Shown here: in pieces, positions 1-8,471 of the stretch
Layout of the letters: every line of letters begins with the position of its first letter
Numbering within the stretch: the first letter of the stretch is position 1
NCBI RefSeq assembly: GCF_042660085.1
Contig: NZ_JBHSTI010000008.1
Location: 1,629,876-1,661,875, forward strand
DNA from: Longivirga aurantiaca
GTDB lineage: Bacteria; Actinomycetota; Actinomycetes; S36-B12; CAIYMF01
DNA: 32,000 nt
Direction of reading: 5' to 3'
The notes under the pieces: generated by a model
Databases searched by the model: none
Seen by the model: only the letters and a program-made list of their open reading frames with translations
What the model was told of the DNA's origin: nothing
Position numbers and translations under genes: made by a program

Positions 1-304
1 CCTTCACCAGGGTCTTGAGCTCGCGGTTGGTCCAGTCGCCGTAGCGGCACTCCCCGACGCGGTCCTCGACGTGCAGGGCAGGCACCGGGTCCCGCCCGGC
101 GAGCAGGTGCTCCGCGGTCTCGCGGGTGCGCTCGAGCGGGCTGGTGACCACGGCCGCGAGGGGCACCGGCAGGAGCCGCGCACCGACCGCCTCGGCCTGC
201 CCGCGCCCCACCTCGTCGAGGTGGATGCCGGGGGTCCAGCCCGCGAGCACGCCGCCCGCGTTCGCCGGGGTCCTGCCGTGCCGCACGAGGATCACCGTCG
301 CCAT
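1..304 (-). CDS. Histidine phosphatase / phosphoglycerate mutase-like protein (partial, runs off left edge)
   Basis: Reverse-strand translation from ATG at 304: MATVILVRHGRTPANAGGVLAGWTPGIHLDEVGRGQAEAVG...; LVRHGRTPAN is the RHG phosphohistidine motif. No stop before the window edge. Confidence 0.88.
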   Translation of the reverse strand, partial: MATVILVRHGRTPANAGGVLAGWTPGIHLDEVGRGQAEAVGARLLPVPLAAVVTSPLERTRETAEHLLAGRDPVPALHVEDRVGECRYGDWTNRELKTLVK

Positions 305-352
305 GCGCCGACCCTACGGGGCACGGGGCCGGGAGGCTGTCACGATGGGGGC

Positions 353-1375
353 GTGATCCGAGGTGTAGGGCTCTACTGCGACGGCACGGTGCGACCCGAC
401 GGCGTGGTGCCGATTGAGGTCGGCACGACCTTCGACGACGACGACGCACGCGTTCTCGCGTCGCTCTGGCTCGAGGCCAAGGAGGCCGGCCCGGACAGCT
501 TCGTGTGGCTCGGCCTGCGCAACGTCGAGCACGCCGAGCTCACCCGTGCCGCAGACGTGCTCGGCCTCGACGAGCTCCTCGTCGAGGACGCGCTGTCGGT
601 CACCCAGCGCGCCAAGGTCGAGGTCGACGGCGACCGCGTGACGGCTGTGTTCAAGATCCTCGGGTACGTCGAGGAGACCTCCGACGTCGAGACCGGGCAG
701 ATCGCGGTCTTCGTCGGCCCGTCGTTCGTGCTGTCGGTGCGCATGGGCGAGCCGGGCGACCTGCGCGACATGCGCTCGAGGCTCGAGGGCGACTTCGAGC
801 TGCTGCAGGCCGGTCCGCTGGCCGTGCTGCACGGCATCCTCGACGTCGTCGTCGACGGCTACATCTCCGTGGCCGAGGAGCTCGGCGTCGACATCGAGCA
901 GATCGAGGAGCAGGTCTTCTCGCCCGAGCGCACCGACGATGCCGCGACGATCTACAAGCTCAAGCGCGAGAACCTCGAGCTGCGGCGGGCGGTTGAGCCG
1001 CTCACCCCGGTGGCCGACGCGCTCGTCCGGGGGCGCCTCATCCCCATCCCCGAGGTGCTCGGGCCGTACTACCGCGACCTCGGCGACCACCTGCTGCGCG
1101 CGGCCGACCTCTCCACGCAGCACGACAACCTGCTCGGCGCGGCGCTCGAGGCCTCCCGCTCGCGGCAGGCCGTCCAGCAGAACGAGGACATGCGCAAGAT
1201 CTCCGCGTGGGTCGCGATCGCCGCCATCCCGACGGCGATCGCCGCGATCTACGGCATGAACTTCGACGACATGCCCGAGCTGCGCTGGGATCTCGGCTAT
1301 CCCGCCGTGATGATCGTGATCTTCAGCGGGATGTTCGCCCTCTACCGCGCCTTCAAGCGCAGCGGCTGGCTCTGA
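353..1375 (+). CDS. corA: CorA-family magnesium/cobalt transporter
   Basis: C-terminal YGMNF motif followed by a second hydrophobic helix (YGMNFDDMPELRWDLGYPAVMIVIFSGMFALYRAFKRSGWL). GTG start at 353 is inferred; the upstream part of ORF 71..1375 overlaps the divergent phosphatase gene. Confidence 0.93.
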   Translation: MIRGVGLYCDGTVRPDGVVPIEVGTTFDDDDARVLASLWLEAKEAGPDSFVWLGLRNVEHAELTRAADVLGLDELLVEDALSVTQRAKVEVDGDRVTAVFKILGYVEETSDVETGQIAVFVGPSFVLSVRMGEPGDLRDMRSRLEGDFELLQAGPLAVLHGILDVVVDGYISVAEELGVDIEQIEEQVFSPERTDDAATIYKLKRENLELRRAVEPLTPVADALVRGRLIPIPEVLGPYYRDLGDHLLRAADLSTQHDNLLGAALEASRSRQAVQQNEDMRKISAWVAIAAIPTAIAAIYGMNFDDMPELRWDLGYPAVMIVIFSGMFALYRAFKRSGWL

Positions 1376-1382
1376 CCGCATC

Positions 1383-2207
1383 TCACGTGGCGGTGACCGT
1401 CCCGGTAACGAGCAGCAGCATGATGGCCAAGCCGAGCACGATGCGGTAGATCACGAACGGTCGGTACGAGTGCGTGGTGATGTAGCGCAGCAGCCACGCG
1501 ATCACGGCGTACCCCACGACGAAGGCGATGCCCGTGGCCACGAGGGTCGGGCCCCAGGCGACCTCGCCGCCCTCACCGATCTTCCGTGCCTCGAACAGGC
1601 CCGACGCGAGCACCGCCGGGATCGCGAGCAGGAAGGCATAGCGCGTGGCCGCCTCGCGGGTGAACCCGAGGAAGAGCCCGGCCGAGATCGTGGCACCCGA
1701 GCGCGAGACGCCGGGGATCAGCGCCAGCGCCTGGCCCACACCGAACAGGATCCCCGAACGGACGTCGAGATCGGAGATCTCCCGCGTCTTGCGTCCGTAG
1801 CGGTCAGCGACCCCGAGGATGATGCCGAACACCACGAGCACGACGGAGACGAGCCAGAGGTTGCGGGCCGCTCCCGAGATGACGTCGCGGAGCAGGAAGC
1901 CGATGAGCGCGATCGGGATGGTCCCCACGATCACGTACCAGCCCATGCGGGCGTCGACGTGCCCCCGAAGCTCCGGACGGACGAGGGAGCGAGCCCAGGT
2001 CGTCGCGATGCGCGCGATGTCGTGCCTGAAGTAGATGAGGACGGCTGCCTCGGTGCCGATCTGCATGACCGCGGTGAACGCTGCGCCGGGGTCGTCCCAG
2101 CCGAAGAGCCGGCTGGCCAGCAGCACGTGGGCGGTCGAGGAGATCGGCAGGAACTCCGTGAGGCCCTGGATGATCCCGAGGACGATCGCCTCGAACCAGC
2201 CGATCAC
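1383..2207 (-). CDS. uppP: Undecaprenyl-diphosphatase
   Basis: MIGWFEAIVLGIIQGLTEFLPISSTAHVLLASRLFGW... has the GLTEFLPISSTAH signature and PGVSRSGATI motif. Confidence 0.96.
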   Translation of the reverse strand: MIGWFEAIVLGIIQGLTEFLPISSTAHVLLASRLFGWDDPGAAFTAVMQIGTEAAVLIYFRHDIARIATTWARSLVRPELRGHVDARMGWYVIVGTIPIALIGFLLRDVISGAARNLWLVSVVLVVFGIILGVADRYGRKTREISDLDVRSGILFGVGQALALIPGVSRSGATISAGLFLGFTREAATRYAFLLAIPAVLASGLFEARKIGEGGEVAWGPTLVATGIAFVVGYAVIAWLLRYITTHSYRPFVIYRIVLGLAIMLLLVTGTVTAT

Positions 2208-3253
2208 TCGCCCAGGCCCGACGCGTCCAGCACCTCGGCCGTCGTGCGCAGCGTCTGGATCCGCTCGTCGAGCGAGCCGGCGTACGTCGCGATCGTCAGC
2301 GTGGTCACGCCGGCGTCGGCGTACGCGTGCAGCCGCTCCTGCACCCGCTCGCGCGGGCCGATGAGCGACGTGCGGTCGATGAACTCGAACGGCACCGCGG
2401 CGCCGGCGCCGGCGTAGTCACGGTCGAGGTACTTGTCCTGCACCTCGGCGGCCTCCGCCTCGTACCCCATCCGCACGGCGAGCTGGTTGTAGAAGTTCTT
2501 CTCGCGGCTGCCCATGCCGCCGATGTAGAGAGCGCTGTAGCCGCGCATGGCATCGGCGCAGGCGACGACGTCGTCGCCGTACGCGATGGGCACCGTCGGG
2601 ACGACGTCGAACCCCTCGAGGGTCTTCCCGACCTTGGCGCGGCCGGCCGAGATCGAGGCGAGGTGCTCGGACGCGTGCTCAGGAGAGAAGAAGATGCCGA
2701 GCCAGCCGTCGGCGATCTCGCCGGTGAGCTCGAGGTTCTTCGGACCGATCGCGGCGAGGTAGACCGGGATGTGCTCGCGCACCGGGTGCACGGTGAGGGT
2801 GAGGGCCTTGCCCGGCCCGTCCGGGAGGGGCAGCGTGAAGAACTCACCGTCGAAGCTGACGCGCTCGCGGCGCAGGGCCTTCTCGACGATGGCCACGTAC
2901 TCGCGGGTGCGCGCGAGCGGCTTGTCGAAACGCACGCCGTGCCAGCCCTCGGACACCTGCGGTCCCGAGACGCCGAGCCCGAGGCGGAACCGGCCGCCCG
3001 ACAGAGTGTCGAGGGTGGCGGCGGTCATCGCCGTCATCGCCGGGGTCCGCGCAGGGATCTGGAAGATGGCGGAACCGACGTCGATCCGCTCGGTCTGCGC
3101 CGCCACCCATGCCAGCACGCTGACGACGTCCGAGCCGTAGGCCTCGGCCGCCCACGCCACGGCGTACCCGAGCCGGTCGGCCTCGCGGGCGAGGGCGAGA
3201 TTGTCGGCGTCGTTGCCCGCGCCCCAGTACCCGAGATTGATGCCGAGACGCAT
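2204..3253 (-). CDS. LLM-class (luciferase-like) F420-dependent oxidoreductase
   Basis: MRLGINLGYWGAGNDADNLALAREADRLGYAVAWAAEAYGSDVVSVLAWVAAQTERIDVGSAIFQIPARTPAMTAMTAATLDTLSGGRFRLGLGVSGPQV is characteristic of the family. Stop overlaps the uppP start by 4 nt. Confidence 0.92.
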   Translation of the reverse strand: MRLGINLGYWGAGNDADNLALAREADRLGYAVAWAAEAYGSDVVSVLAWVAAQTERIDVGSAIFQIPARTPAMTAMTAATLDTLSGGRFRLGLGVSGPQVSEGWHGVRFDKPLARTREYVAIVEKALRRERVSFDGEFFTLPLPDGPGKALTLTVHPVREHIPVYLAAIGPKNLELTGEIADGWLGIFFSPEHASEHLASISAGRAKVGKTLEGFDVVPTVPIAYGDDVVACADAMRGYSALYIGGMGSREKNFYNQLAVRMGYEAEAAEVQDKYLDRDYAGAGAAVPFEFIDRTSLIGPRERVQERLHAYADAGVTTLTIATYAGSLDERIQTLRTTAEVLDASGLGE

Positions 3254-3424
3254 GCGGCTCGCCTTCCGAGGTCGGAGGTCCGGCTCGTGCCGGTGGTCGC
3301 CGACAGGGATCCCGCGGCTCCTCCGAGCCTAACCGGGGGCTGGGCCCGATGACGCACCCGGCGTGGCCTGGCGCCCGGCTCGTCGCGCGGGAAGCGACGC
3401 TCCGGGGCACTACTGTCGGGGCCC

Positions 3425-4402
3425 ATGGAGCTCCGTCCCCTCGGCCGATCAGGACTGCAGGTGTCCCGCCTCGCGCTGGGCACCATGACCTGGGGCCGCG
3501 ACACCGACGAGCACGAGGCCCGCGACCAGCTCCTCGCCTTCGTCGAGCAGGGCGGCACCCTCGTGGACACCGCCGACGTGTACGCCGACGGCATGTCCGA
3601 GCAGATCGTCGGACGGCTCGTCGCCGAGGTCGGCCGCGACTCCGTCGTCGTCGCCACCAAGGCGGTGTCCCGTGGTGGTGCCGCCCGCCGCTTCGACGCC
3701 TCGCGCGGGCACCTCCTGCGCGCGCTCGACGCATCGCTGGTCCGCCTGGGCCTCGACTACGTCGACCTCTGGCAGCTGCACGCGTGGGATGGGCAGACCC
3801 CGCTCGAGGAGACCCTGTCGGCGCTCGACGCCGCCGTCGCCTCGGGCAAGGTGCGGTACGCCGGCATCAGCAACTACAGCGGGTGGCAGACCGCCAAGGC
3901 AGCGGCGCTCCAGGCCGCGAAGCCCGGCGGCTCGCCGCTGGTGTCGACCCAGGTCGAGTACTCCCTGCTGCAGCGCGGCATCGAGCGCGAGGTCGTCCCC
4001 GCCGCCGCAGACGCCGGCCTCGGCCTGCTCCCCTGGTCGCCCCTCGGTCGCGGCGTCCTCACCGGCAAGTACCGGCACGGCACGCCCGCCGACTCCCGTG
4101 GAGCGTCGTCGCACTTCTCGGCGTTCGTGGCGCCGTACCTCGACCCGTCGTCGCGCTCCGTGGTCGACTCGGTGTGCACCGCCGCCGAGGGGCTCGGCGT
4201 CGCCCCGCTCGAGGTGGCGATCGCCTGGGTGCGCGACCGGCCGGGCGTGGTCGCGCCGATCATCGGGGCGCGCACGGCTGCTCAGCTGCGCGGAGCGCTG
4301 ACCGTCGAGGACCTCACGCTGCCCGACGAGATCGTGTCCGCCCTCGACGAGGTGTCGGCGCCCGAGCGCAGCTATCCCGACCACGGATGGAACCAGCGCT
4401 GA
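3425..4402 (+). CDS. Aldo/keto reductase
   Basis: MELRPLGRSGLQVSRLALGTMTWG...VDTADVYADGMSEQIVG...YVDLWQLHAWDGQTPLEETL...; catalytic Asp/Tyr pattern (DTADVY) and GISNYSGWQ. Confidence 0.94.
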   Translation: MELRPLGRSGLQVSRLALGTMTWGRDTDEHEARDQLLAFVEQGGTLVDTADVYADGMSEQIVGRLVAEVGRDSVVVATKAVSRGGAARRFDASRGHLLRALDASLVRLGLDYVDLWQLHAWDGQTPLEETLSALDAAVASGKVRYAGISNYSGWQTAKAAALQAAKPGGSPLVSTQVEYSLLQRGIEREVVPAAADAGLGLLPWSPLGRGVLTGKYRHGTPADSRGASSHFSAFVAPYLDPSSRSVVDSVCTAAEGLGVAPLEVAIAWVRDRPGVVAPIIGARTAAQLRGALTVEDLTLPDEIVSALDEVSAPERSYPDHGWNQR

Positions 4403-5373
4403 GCGCCGTCCGGGACCTGCTCACGGCTGCCGCGCGCGCGGGGCACACCGTGCTGCCCGTCGACGTCGTGCTGCGCAGCTGCACGGAGTCCGACGTCGAC
4501 CGTGCGCTCGCGGACGGCGACGCGCTCGAGGTCGAGTGGCGCGGAGCGCCGGCGCTGGCCCTGATCGACCTCGCCGAGTCCGAGGAGATGCTCGCGGACG
4601 GGCTCGCGGGGCTGGCTGCGGACAACCGGCTCGCCGTCGTCGTGGGGCAGCTCGCCGTCGGCCGGGCGCAGGCCCTCGCCACGGCCCTCGGAGGGGTGCC
4701 GGCGGTGGCCCTCGACGACGCCCACAGGCTGGGCATCGACGACGTGCTGGCGGCGGTCGAGGACCTGCCGGAGGAGGCGGTGCTGGCCCTCTCGCTCGAC
4801 CCGGCGCTCCCTCTCGCGGCGGTGCCGGGCGCTGTGGCGCTCGACCTCGCGTCGTCCGGCGTCTGCCCGGTGCTCAAGGCCACCGCTCCCCCGGCCCGTA
4901 CGGCGCTCGCCCGCGCCCGCACCGACATCGCCGCGGGCCACTGGTTCGGCACCAGCCCGGACGACCGCAGCATCGTGGAGGTGCGCGTGTCGGGCCCGGA
5001 CGAGGCGCTCGTGCGCGTCGGCCAGCTCGTCGGCACCTCCATCCCGCGCGCGTTCGGCCTACCGGCCTCCGAGGTCGCCGTGCTCCTCGCGCCCGGGTCG
5101 CTCGACGCCGCTGCGGTGGCGGCGGCGCTCGAGGGCACGGGCGCCGTCGTCCCCCTGACCGGTCCGCTCGATCGGGGGTGGGACGCCGCGGTCCTCGTGC
5201 TCGGGCCGCCCGGGCCGGCGTTCACCCGCGCCCTGGTCTACGCGGGCCTCGTCGCGGGCGAGAAGCACGTGTCGGTCGTGCACGGCGGCGATCCGGCGAC
5301 CTTCACCGCCGCGATCTCCGCCTCGCCCGACCGCCCGCGCCGCACCCGCTTGGCCGCCCTCCTCGCCGGCTGA
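4387..5373 (+). CDS. RecD/UvrD-like helicase-related protein of unknown function, apparently lacking a P-loop
   Basis: C-terminal part of ORF 3349..5373 from ATG 4387 (MEPALSAVRDLLTAAARAGHTVLPVDVVLRSC...). ALDDAHRLGIDDVLAAVEDLP, SLDPALPLAAVPGAVALDLASSGVCPVLKA and FTRALVYAGLVAGEKHVSVVHGG resemble RecD2-type motifs. The upstream 1 kb is a shadow of the aldo/keto reductase gene. Confidence 0.6.
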   Translation: MEPALSAVRDLLTAAARAGHTVLPVDVVLRSCTESDVDRALADGDALEVEWRGAPALALIDLAESEEMLADGLAGLAADNRLAVVVGQLAVGRAQALATALGGVPAVALDDAHRLGIDDVLAAVEDLPEEAVLALSLDPALPLAAVPGAVALDLASSGVCPVLKATAPPARTALARARTDIAAGHWFGTSPDDRSIVEVRVSGPDEALVRVGQLVGTSIPRAFGLPASEVAVLLAPGSLDAAAVAAALEGTGAVVPLTGPLDRGWDAAVLVLGPPGPAFTRALVYAGLVAGEKHVSVVHGGDPATFTAAISASPDRPRRTRLAALLAG

Positions 5374-5394
5374 CCCCGCACCTCTGCACCCCTA

Positions 5395-5443
5395 GGGTCG
5401 ATCACGGCAGTTCAGCTGCACGTTCTGACCCGTACTCGTGATC
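5395..5443 (+). repeat. 49-bp inverted-repeat element, copy 1
   Basis: gggtcgatcacggcagttcagctgcacgttctgacccgtactcgtgatc; matches the reverse complement of 5729..5777 at 40/49 positions. Contains GATCACG...CGTGATC ends. Confidence 0.85.
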
Positions 5444-5508
5444 CTGGGGGCGGCGCGCCGTACGCCGTGCTCCCCCGCTGCACGTGCCGGCGGCGTACCT
5501 GTCGCACA

Positions 5509-5718
5509 ATGGCTGCCATGTCCGCGACCAGGGCCTCGACGTGGGAGTACCGCGAGATCACCCTGCCGCGCGGCACGGCGCGCGACGCCGCCCGAGCGGC
5601 CCTCACCGAGCTCGCCGAGCACGGGTCGTGGGAGCTCGCCCGCCTGCGCCTCTACCCGGACGGCCGACGCCGGGTCTGGCTCCGCCGCCGCGTGCTCCGC
5701 GCCGTACGCACGGCCTGA
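5509..5718 (+). CDS. DUF5703 family protein
   Basis: M(AAM)SATRASTWEYREITLPRGTARDAARAALTELAEHGSWELARLRLYPDGRRRVWLRRRVLRAVRTA resembles the DUF5703 pattern (WEYRE...LPR...L.HGEWEL.R.RLYPDG.R.V.LRR). Start at 5509 or 5518. Confidence 0.8.
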   Translation: MAAMSATRASTWEYREITLPRGTARDAARAALTELAEHGSWELARLRLYPDGRRRVWLRRRVLRAVRTA

Positions 5719-5728
5719 CCCCGACCAA

Positions 5729-5777
5729 GATCACGACTACGGGTCACCGGAGGCAGTTCAACTGCCGTGATCGACCC
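5729..5777 (-). repeat. 49-bp inverted-repeat element, copy 2
   Basis: Plus strand gatcacgactacgggtcaccggaggcagttcaactgccgtgatcgaccc; inverted relative to copy 1. Contains the near-palindrome ggcagttcaactgcc. Confidence 0.85.
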
Positions 5778-5807
5778 AAGGGCCGAAACGTGCAGCGTCA
5801 GGATCGG

Positions 5808-7160
5808 TCAGACGGCGCGGAGGAAGCGGCCCAGCACTCGGGTGCCGAAGGTGATCGCGTCGACCGGCACACGCTCGTCGACGCCGTGGAACAGCGCGCC
5901 GAAGTCGAGCGCCGGAGGCAGCTTCAGCGGCGCGAAGCCGTAGCAGCGGATGCCGAGCGTGCTGAAGGCCTTGGCGTCCGTACCGCCCGACAGCATGTAC
6001 GGCACGGCCACCGCGTGTGGGTCCTCCGCCTTCAGCGCCGCGGCCATGAGATCGATCGACGGCCCGTCGAAGCTCGTCTCGAGCGCGATGTCGTGGTTGA
6101 TGAACTCGCGCACGACCTTGTCGCCGAGCGCCTCGTCGATGCGGGCGAAGGCCTCCTCCTCGTAGCCGGGGAGGAAGCGCATGTCGACAGCCGCCTCCGC
6201 GTGCCCGGGGATGACGTTGGCCTTGTAGCCGGCCGACAGCATCGTCGGGTTCACCGTGTTCTTGAGCGTCGCGCCCACGAGGCGCGCCATCGGCCCGAGC
6301 TTGGCGAGCGTGCCCTGCATGTCGTCGGGGTCCAGGTCGGCCCCGGTGGCGTCGGACAGCATGGCGAGGAAGTCGCGCACCGCGGGGGTCACGTGCACGG
6401 GGTAGTCGATCGCCCCGATACGCGCCACCGCCTCGCACAGCGCCGTGACGGCGTTGTCGTCGTTGAGCATCGAGCCGTGGCCCGCGCGGCCCGAGGCCTT
6501 CAGCCGCATCCACCCGATGCCCTTCTCGGCCGTCTGCACGAGGTAGAGCCGGAGGTCGTCGCGGATCGTCATCGAGAAGCCGCCGACCTCGCCGACCGCC
6601 TCGGTGACGCCCTCGAACATGTCCTTCCGGTGCTCGACCAGCCAGTGCGAGCCGATGTGCCCGCCGGCCTCCTCGTCGGGCAGGAACATGAGGACGACGT
6701 CGCGCTCGGACTGCACCCCGTTGCGTGCCCACGACCGCGCCGTCGCGAGCGACATCGCGCACATGTCCTTCATGTCGACCGCCCCGCGCCCCCAGATCAT
6801 CGGGACGCCGAGGTCGTCGTCGATCTCCGCGGCGAACGGCGGGTGCGACCAGTCGTCCGCCGCAGCAGGCACGACGTCGAGGTGGTTGTGCAGGAGCAGC
6901 GCGCCACGGGTGCGGTCGCGCCCCGGGATCCGCACGACGACGCCGTCGCGCCCCGGCTGCCCGCACGTGAACACCTCGGGGTCGTAGCCGACCTCGCGCA
7001 GGCGCTCCGCGACATACGACGCCGCCTCGGCCTCGCCGGGACCGCTGCCGTCGCCGTAGTTGCTGGAGTCGATGCGGATGAGATCCCGCGCGAGCTCGAC
7101 CACCTCCGCCTCGGCGTCGGGCAGCGGCTCGGGCAGCAGGCTCGTGCTGGGCTCGGTCAC
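5808..7160 (-). CDS. M20/M25/M40 family metallopeptidase (ArgE/DapE-like)
   Basis: RDRTRGALLLHNHLDVVPAAADDWSHPPFAAEIDDDLGVPMIWGRGAVDMKDMCAMSL...DEEAGGHIGSHWLVE... contains the metal-binding HxD, GRGAVDMK and DEE motifs. GTG start at 7160 is inferred; ORF extends to 7232. Confidence 0.92.
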   Translation of the reverse strand: MTEPSTSLLPEPLPDAEAEVVELARDLIRIDSSNYGDGSGPGEAEAASYVAERLREVGYDPEVFTCGQPGRDGVVVRIPGRDRTRGALLLHNHLDVVPAAADDWSHPPFAAEIDDDLGVPMIWGRGAVDMKDMCAMSLATARSWARNGVQSERDVVLMFLPDEEAGGHIGSHWLVEHRKDMFEGVTEAVGEVGGFSMTIRDDLRLYLVQTAEKGIGWMRLKASGRAGHGSMLNDDNAVTALCEAVARIGAIDYPVHVTPAVRDFLAMLSDATGADLDPDDMQGTLAKLGPMARLVGATLKNTVNPTMLSAGYKANVIPGHAEAAVDMRFLPGYEEEAFARIDEALGDKVVREFINHDIALETSFDGPSIDLMAAALKAEDPHAVAVPYMLSGGTDAKAFSTLGIRCYGFAPLKLPPALDFGALFHGVDERVPVDAITFGTRVLGRFLRAV

Positions 7161-7256
7161 AGGCCCATCGTGGACCACGCGCCCGATTTCAGGGGTGAGC
7201 CGGTCCAGTTGTATAGTTCCGAGGTCGCGCAAGCCGGGAAACCGGCAGGCCGACGT

Positions 7257-7343
7257 GTCCGGGTGGCGGAATAGGCAGACGCGCTAGCTTGAGGTGCTAG
7301 TGCCCGAAAGGGCATGGGGGTTCAAGTCCCCCCTCGGACACCA
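7257..7343 (+). tRNA. tRNA-Leu, anticodon GAG
   Basis: gtccgggtggcggaataggcagacgcgctagcttgaggtgctagtgcccgaaagggcatgggggttcaagtccccctcggacacca: acceptor pairing GTCCGGG/CTCGGAC, anticodon stem CTAGC-TTGAGGT-GCTAG, long variable arm TGCCCGAAAGGGCA, T-loop TTCAAGT, encoded CCA. Confidence 0.95.
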
Positions 7344-7345
7344 CC

Positions 7346-7379
7346 ACGAAGGCCCCGACCGCGAGGTCGGGGCCTTCGT
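7346..7379 (+). terminator. Strong hairpin, likely tRNA-Leu terminator
   Basis: acgaaggccccgacc-gcga-ggtcggggccttcgt: perfect 15-bp stem with a 4-nt loop, 3 nt after the tRNA CCA. No downstream T-tract, as is common in high-GC actinobacteria. Confidence 0.8.
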
Positions 7380-7488
7380 CGTCCGGCGGGCACCGTCGCA
7401 ACGTCCCCCGGGCGGGTGGTGGTGCCGACGCACCTACGCCCCTACCGTGGTCGCGCGGCCGCGCGGCCGCGTCACCCCGGGAGGCCCC

Positions 7489-8460
7489 GTGCTCCGTTCC
7501 ACCCGTGTCGCGATCGCCACGACGAGCGTGCTCGCCCTGATCGTGCCCGTCGCCGCTGCTGCCAACGTCGGCGCGATCAGTCTCGGTGCGCGGGGCGCCG
7601 CCACTTCGACCGCCGCAGAGGAGTGCTCCTCGGGCGACACTGCGCTGAAGGTGAGGAAGGGGGCCGGGTCCCACGACCCCAACGCGCTGAGCGCCGATGC
7701 CGTGCGTGCCATCGAGGCGCAGACCGCGCGCGCCCAGTTCGCACGCGGGCTGACCGGCGGAGGCGGCGGGGGCTTCGCGACCGCGGCAGCGACCACACCG
7801 GTGACGATCACCACGTACGTGCACGTGATCGTCAAGGCCAACGGCACGGGCGGACCGACGACGAAGCAGATGGACGACCAGATCGCGGTGCTCAACGCGG
7901 CCTATGCGCAGAGCGACTTCCAGTTCGCGGTCGCGTCGACCGACACCACTGCGAACGACGCGTGGTACACCGCCACGAACGGCACCACGGCCGAGAAGCA
8001 GATGAAGACGGCGCTGCACCGCGGCGGCGCCGCCAGCCTGAACATCTACTACAACAACATGGGAGGTGGCCTGCTCGGCTGGGCCACCTTCCCGAGCAGC
8101 TACACCACGAGCCCGCTGACCGACGGCGTCGTGGTGCTCTACTCGTCGCTCCCCGGCGGTACGGCGACTCCGTACAACCTGGGCGACACCGCGACGCACG
8201 AGGTCGGCCACTGGCTCGGGCTGTACCACACGTTCCAGGGCGGGTGCACGAAGACGAACGACTATGTCAGCGACACGCCCCAGGAGAAGAGTCCGGCGTA
8301 CGGCTGCCCTGTCGGCCGTGACACGTGCGCCCGGAATGCTGGCGCCGACCCCATCACCAACTTCATGGACTACAGCGACGACTCCTGCATGTTCCAGTTC
8401 ACGAGCGGACAGACCGCGCGCATGCAGTCGCTCTGGACGACGTACCGAGCGGGCGGGTAG
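7489..8460 (+). CDS. Secreted zinc metalloprotease (M43/pappalysin-like)
   Basis: Signal-peptide-like N-terminus (VLRSTRVAIATTSVLALIVPVAAAANVGA), metzincin motif ATHEVGHWLGLYHTF, and DPITNFMDYSDDSCMFQFTSGQTARM with the Met-turn. GTG start preceded by GGGAGG. Confidence 0.9.
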   Translation: MLRSTRVAIATTSVLALIVPVAAAANVGAISLGARGAATSTAAEECSSGDTALKVRKGAGSHDPNALSADAVRAIEAQTARAQFARGLTGGGGGGFATAAATTPVTITTYVHVIVKANGTGGPTTKQMDDQIAVLNAAYAQSDFQFAVASTDTTANDAWYTATNGTTAEKQMKTALHRGGAASLNIYYNNMGGGLLGWATFPSSYTTSPLTDGVVVLYSSLPGGTATPYNLGDTATHEVGHWLGLYHTFQGGCTKTNDYVSDTPQEKSPAYGCPVGRDTCARNAGADPITNFMDYSDDSCMFQFTSGQTARMQSLWTTYRAGG

Positions 8461-8471
8461 CAGCGTCGACG

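Noticed and set aside
3349-4386. N-terminal extension of ORF 3349..5373
   Set aside because: Coincides with the aldo/keto reductase in a different frame; Arg/Pro/Ala-rich. Only the part from 4387 has protein-like character.
7257-7343. tRNA-Leu as an integration (att) site for a genomic island
   Set aside because: No integrase, no direct repeat of the tRNA 3' end found in the window, and the flanking genes look like normal chromosomal content.
7294-7488. Upstream extension of the metalloprotease ORF (MLVPERAWGFKSPLG...)
   Set aside because: This part overlaps the tRNA-Leu and its terminator hairpin; the signal peptide begins at GTG 7489.
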